From positions 359,505-423,504 of the forward strand of contig JAHDYR010000015.1 of assembly GCA_019828565.1 (NCBI GenBank): DNA of 64,000 bases, given 5' to 3'. The DNA comes from Carpediemonas membranifera BICM. Taxonomy: Eukaryota; Protista; Fornicata. This document shows positions 58,976 to 64,000 of this stretch, in pieces; positions within the stretch are counted from its first letter, which is position 1; every line of letters begins with the position of its first letter. The translations under genes were made by a program, and so were the position numbers. The notes under the pieces are model-generated. The model was given only the letters and a program-made list of their open reading frames with translations. It did no database searches and was not told where the DNA came from.

Positions 58976-61352
58976 TGCCGAAGAAGGGCGGGAAGTCGCG
59001 CTTCGTGGTGGATTTCCGGCAGATCAATGAGATCACCCCCACCTTCGACTACCCGATTCCGATGATCGACGAGGTGATCGCCCAACTACCGAACAAGAAG
59101 ATCTTCGCCACATTAGATCTGTCATCTGGGTATCACCAGGTCGAGCTGACCAAACGCTGCAGGAAGTACACCGCATTCACTACCATCCTCGGTCAATACC
59201 AATATACCAGAATGCCGTTCGGGCTGAGGAACGCGGGTGCCCACTTCCAGCGCGCCATGGAGTCAGCGTTCGCCGAACTGGTCGGTCACGCGTGTTACAT
59301 ATATATCGACGATATCATCGTCTTCGGGGAAGACGAGGAAGACTACCTCAGAAACCTCGAGAGCGTTCTGCAGCGCACCCGACAGGTCAAGTTACAGCTC
59401 AACCGTGACAAATGCCAGTTTTCGAGGGCCGAGGTCGAGTTCCTGGGCTGGGTCATATCCCATGGTTGTCAACGCATCGCAGCAGACCGCATTCAAGACA
59501 TCCTCGATCTCGAAATGCCCAAGTCAGTCAAAGGAATGCAAGCGCTCGTCGGGTTCCTCAACTACTTCCGGGACCACGTCCCCGGGTTCGCAGAAGTCGT
59601 TCACCCCTTGACACAAGCGATGGCCGCCAAGATCCCGCTGGGAGGCGACGAGCAAGAGCAAGCATTACGCAAAGTCAAGACACTGCTCGCCCAAGCAGAA
59701 GCACTCGCCATCTTCGATGCGTCCAAGGAGCACACCATCATGACCGATGCATCAGGAGTAGGTTATGGCGCGGTGCTGTTGCAAGAAGGTCAACCCGTCT
59801 GCTTTATGAGCAAGGCCTTCGACCAAGTGCAATCGCGGTGGTCCGTCGGTGAGAAGGAAGCATTCACCATCGTAGCTGCTATCAAGCGGTGGAACAAGTA
59901 CCTCTCCTGGGGGAAGTTTACCCTGCTCACTGACCATCGCAACCTAATTTACATGTACAAGTCGAATAACGCCAAGGTCCGCAGATGGGCGGAGGCGATG
60001 TCCGACATGGACTTCGACGTCAAGCACGTAGCCGGCCTCGATAACGGTGGGGCTGACGGCTTATCGCGAGTGTACGTCATACAGCCTGCATCAGAAGGCG
60101 ACGTCGAAGCAGAGCACCTCACCGCTGGGGCCCACTTATCACGACGCGTTGTAACTGAACGACTCAAAGACCAAGGCAAGTCAGTGTCGCGTGAGACGGT
60201 CAACAAGGTCATCGAAAACTGCCCGGTGTGCCAGGTGATTAGACGCCTCCCGGTTGACAGCCCAGCAGGATTACACACAGCCGTAGATCGCCCATTTCGT
60301 AGGGTGGCAGTCGACACGATGGGGCCGTTCCCAGCCGTCGACGGCAAAGCTTACATTACAGTCATGATCGACATGTGCAGTCGGTGGACGGAGCTAGTCG
60401 CGTCTTCGAATACCACCGGCGCGGCAGCAGCAGACGCCCTCGTCAACAACTGGATATTGCGCTTCGGGTGCCCTGAGGTTCTCCAATCCGACGGAGGACC
60501 AGAGTTCAAGAACCAACTCTTCAAGCGCATCGCAGATGAGATGGGGTTCAAGATCCATATTACCACGGCTCACCACCCGCAATCCAATGGGATGGTAGAG
60601 CGCGCCAGCAGGTGCTACGCATCCTTAAGGCACGCAAGTTCCAGCTCAGAGGGTCAACCTGGATCGAGAATTTACCTGTCGCCCAGTTCATCGTCAATTC
60701 ATCACCGCGCACGGCAACACGTCTGTCTCCAGCCGAGATAGTACTCGGATACGACCTGAGGATACCACAGAACGTGTATGTGACCGATTCCAGTACCGCG
60801 AGCGCGAGCGAGTCCCACAGAGAGGCGGCCGCAGCAGCTATCCAGCTCGCCAGCAGCCGAGTTCAAGCAATGAGAGAGGACGCACTCGCCAAGGCCACCG
60901 CATCGAGAAACGAGATCATTAGCAGATTCGTCCTGGTCAAGTACCCCTCTAGACCTCCGAACAAGTTATCACCTGGGTGGAGAGGACCAATGCGAAGGCT
61001 CGCCGGAGTGAAACAACACGGTGTCGTTGTCGCGTATAAGGTCCTAGACCTGTCCGAGAAGGACAACTCGAAAGCGATCACGGTAGACGCATCGAGAGTT
61101 CGGAAGTTCAATCCAGGCAGACTGACAGAGGACCAGATCAAAGCACTCGCAGCAACGGCTGACGACGAGTGGGAAGTCGAGCGAATCAGCCGATCTCGGG
61201 GTCGAGGCCCGATGTCCAAACGGGAATACCTCGTCCACTGGGCCGGGTGTGAGGACGAAGAGGCCACCTGGCAAGACTATTCGTCAGTTAAGGACCTTGA
61301 GGCACTAGACGTATACCTGAAGTCAGACGAGGCTAGGCAAGCCGGTCTGTAA
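58976..61352 (+). pseudogene. pol: LTR-12 pol (RT, RNase H, integrase, chromodomain), frameshift near 60610
   Basis: YIDD, TDAS, SDGGPEF, YLVHWAGCEDEEATW. Confidence 0.9.
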
Positions 61353-61385
61353 ATCTTCAGCAGAGCCTCAGTTCAGACATTTATC

Positions 61386-62727
61386 TTACTCCAAAACACC
61401 ACCGCAGAGAGCACCCTTCGCGTCCTCAGACCGGGTGCAGTATCGAACCAACTCGGGATGAGCAGCGAAGAACTCAACCCCAGCGTGACTATCGCGGATA
61501 GTCTCGGTCGCCTTGACAATCGAGCTGTACTCGCGCCGAGCGTAGTGCACGAGCAGACGAAGGGAGCCCTCATGCAAGCGGTAGCCAACGATCGCCGTCA
61601 ACTCGTATAAGCGGCGTGGCTCGTTATAGTCGAGCGCGACCGGAAGAACATTATCACCGTCGATGACGAACTGGAAATTGTCCATCAGGGAATGACGCAC
61701 ATGACCGAAGCCGGTGGGGGTCCGGATCGCCTCGATGTATTGGCGACTGAACTCCCGCACGTCGGCAGAGTCAAGAATGCCCTGAGCGTGACCAACGATC
61801 ATCATGTCATACAGGTCGGGGTCATTACCCAACATGATGGCCCGGCGCAGGTGAGGTGTCATGACCGTATAACCTCGTCCCGAGAGAAGCTGAATCCGCT
61901 CACGCAGCTCCTGATGACAGAGCGTGCGCGAGTTCACGTCGAGCCGTCTGAGGTGCAAAGTCACCAGATCTTGATCGGTCGGATCACCGGTTCGACCCAG
62001 CACAGCCCGGGTGTGGTACTCACGTGATAGAGCTAACAGCACGAGACCGTCGCGACAGATGTCACGGGCCACGACCGAAGAGGTTTCGGTCACCGTGAGG
62101 TGCCCGTATGCGTAGAGCATACCGGCACGGAGCGCGGCCAGGGTGCCAGCGACGTCCAAGGTGATGTAGCTCAGGCCAGCATCAGCAACAGCCGTGATCA
62201 TCTCCTCCAGTGAGAAGTGCGCAGTCGTTTCCTGGTCCGAACCCGAGTTGTCACCACCCGTCGGTCGGGGAGTCATCATCGCTCGGCACAGCCTCAATCT
62301 CGCCCGAACTATCCTGATGGGTGGGCCGAGAGCTCTCGCCAAGCACGTCGTCGCCTCCCGTGCCGGCGTCGTTACTGGGAGAAGGCGTAGGCGAGCGAGA
62401 GGCCTCGGGAGCGCTTTCAAGACCCTCAGTAGAGGCAGCGGGTGCAACACTCGCGCCACGGGCAGTGTCGGCGCGGAACAAAGCGTGGTATTCGCTGACC
62501 GTAGGGAAGAAGCGCTCGCGATCGAGATAACGGTTGAGGAACCGTTTGAAGGCCGTTCGGGCCTTCTCATCGTCAAGTAGTGCCAACATCTGCGTAATCT
62601 GTGCACTAACGTCCGAAATTGACTGTTCGTTGCTTCCCGTTTTCACTGGGAAATGAACGACTCGAAAGAAACCGTAACCATCACTAACAGATCCGGATAC
62701 ACAGGTATTTATGCTCAATTTGAGCAC
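61386..62727 (-). CDS. LTR-12 antisense accessory gene (divergent; two overlapping frames joined near 62250), chromo-like C-terminus
   Basis: Convergent on pol like the other antisense genes; YELTAIVGYR..LLVHY..FFAAHPEL; TDQDLV resembles TDSDIV/TDGDIV. Confidence 0.6.
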
Positions 62728-62818
62728 GACTGATGTTATTAATGACGAAGGAAGGCTTTTACAGCCGCGAGAGAGAACGTCGCTTCGTCCAAAACAAAAA
62801 ACGCGAGAACTCGCGAAC

Positions 62819-63428
62819 AGAAGAAGAAGAAGAAATTTATGGTGCTTGGATTCTGACCCCGGACTGAGCTTGTTTCCCGTTGTCTTGGAGCTGAGTGCCC
62901 CGGGGTACTGCCTATTTCCCGTGGCAAACTGGGCAGCAGCGTTTGCCTTGGGCTTTCGGTGCTACTGTCTCCGCGGAAAGCCGATTCCAATCGCCCCAGA
63001 GGCCCTGCGGCCATCTCCGTGCAAATATGCTTTCCTGTCTCCCTGAAAGTCCGGCAACTATCCGGGGAGCCTGGGGGTCTGTCCTCGGGGCATTGACAGG
63101 CAGGATCGTCCTGCAGGACCTTGACTATGACACTCCTTGCTTCCCTGCAGTCCTTGTAGAGCCGTTCAGCCACGGCACCCTCTCGTCTGTCCGGTTCCCC
63201 AATTCCATGCCCCCTCGACTCTGTTAAGAAGCCTACCCGAAGGCGGGGAAAGTGACTAAGTCCATGCTGTCTACCCCGGTTGGGTGGCGTGGGTCAGGGC
63301 ATGGGTGGTGTATGGGTGGTGTCTTACAACATTTCGCTTGCACTACATGTCCTTGGTTTCCCATGTCGTTAACAAGGGCGGCAGGGGCACCTGTGCCCCT
63401 CCGACCCCCGTGGCCAGTCCCTGCAGTT
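62819..63428 (-). mobile_element. 5'-truncated non-LTR retroelement insert (~610 bp)
   Basis: 14-bp TSD GAGAACTCGCGAAC at 62805-62818 and 63429-63442; (CTT)n tail preceded by ATAAAT. Confidence 0.75.
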
Positions 63429-64000
63429 GAGAACTCGCGAACGAAGCCGAATTGAGGCCTCTAAGGGCGTTTTTCAAACGCTATATAAGAAGTACGGCGA
63501 CGTAGTGTACAAACCGAGAGAAACACAACGATAATCACAATGCGCAGTTTTAGACGCTCATTCGAGCTATTCAAATTCTAACGGCCGTTTTACGACCGTG
63601 GAGGGGCGGAATGCCTCACGTAAGATCATCCATATTACATAGCGCGCTAACCAGTGGTACCACGACCGGATTTTTTGAGATCCACAGATATTTTCCGAAT
63701 CTTTTAGATTCACATCGCCAGTTCTGGCACCAGACTTGAACAAGGTATTCACCCTTGTACCCCGCCAAGGTGCAAGAGTTCTGCAGTCCAATGAGTGGCA
63801 TCGGAGGTCTCAGAACTGGTCAAGTCCCTCATCGTACATCAGTACGAGTGGCATACGCCTGAGGCCATGGCCCCTTTGGGGTCCATGGAGGGGCGGTGTC
63901 GTGGGTCTTACCCAATATTTACATAGTAACATTATTTACATAGTCTTCAGGTTTCTGTCGACACTTTTGGTGTCGTCTCTTTTCCTCACAAGTGTTCTTG

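Larger units (their letters stand above)
58976..64000 (+). mobile_element. LTR-12: 5'-truncated element related to LTR-6/9; 3' LTR starts at 63897 and runs off the window
   Basis: Begins inside RT (PKKGGKSRFVVDF); PPT ATGGAGGGGCGG at 63885-63896; LTR start resembles the LTR-9 LTR. Confidence 0.88.

Noticed and set aside
62225-62262. Intron joining the two LTR-12 antisense ORFs
   Set aside because: Candidate GT..AG pairs tested did not restore the frame; a simple indel is more likely

Overview
Eukaryotic repeat cluster (probably a protist with very short introns) with no ordinary host gene. Twelve Ty3/Gypsy-type LTR elements (LTR-1 to LTR-12; chromodomain-bearing where coding) are nested up to four deep in one another and in an APE-RT non-LTR retrotransposon. 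A ~5.2-kb tandem duplication and a small 5'-truncated non-LTR insert are also present. Nesting was resolved from LTR pairs and 4-5 bp TSDs. Main unusual features: (1) every visible 5' LTR (9 elements, 7 different sequences) is followed by a perfect 10-18 bp palindrome instead of a tRNA primer-binding site, suggesting tRNA-independent self/dimer priming unlike Tf1; (2) LTRs are only 43-124 bp; (3) the longer families carry a convergent antisense gene with a phase-2 micro-intron (29-34 nt) encoding a ~360-aa protein ending in a degenerate chromodomain, preceded by a conserved non-coding motif; (4) a second copy of the PPT lies ~220-290 nt upstream of the 3' LTR in four families; (5) the region upstream of the LINE ORF2 encodes a frameshifted Maelstrom-like DEDDh nuclease. 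All calls were made by eye; no database searches were run.
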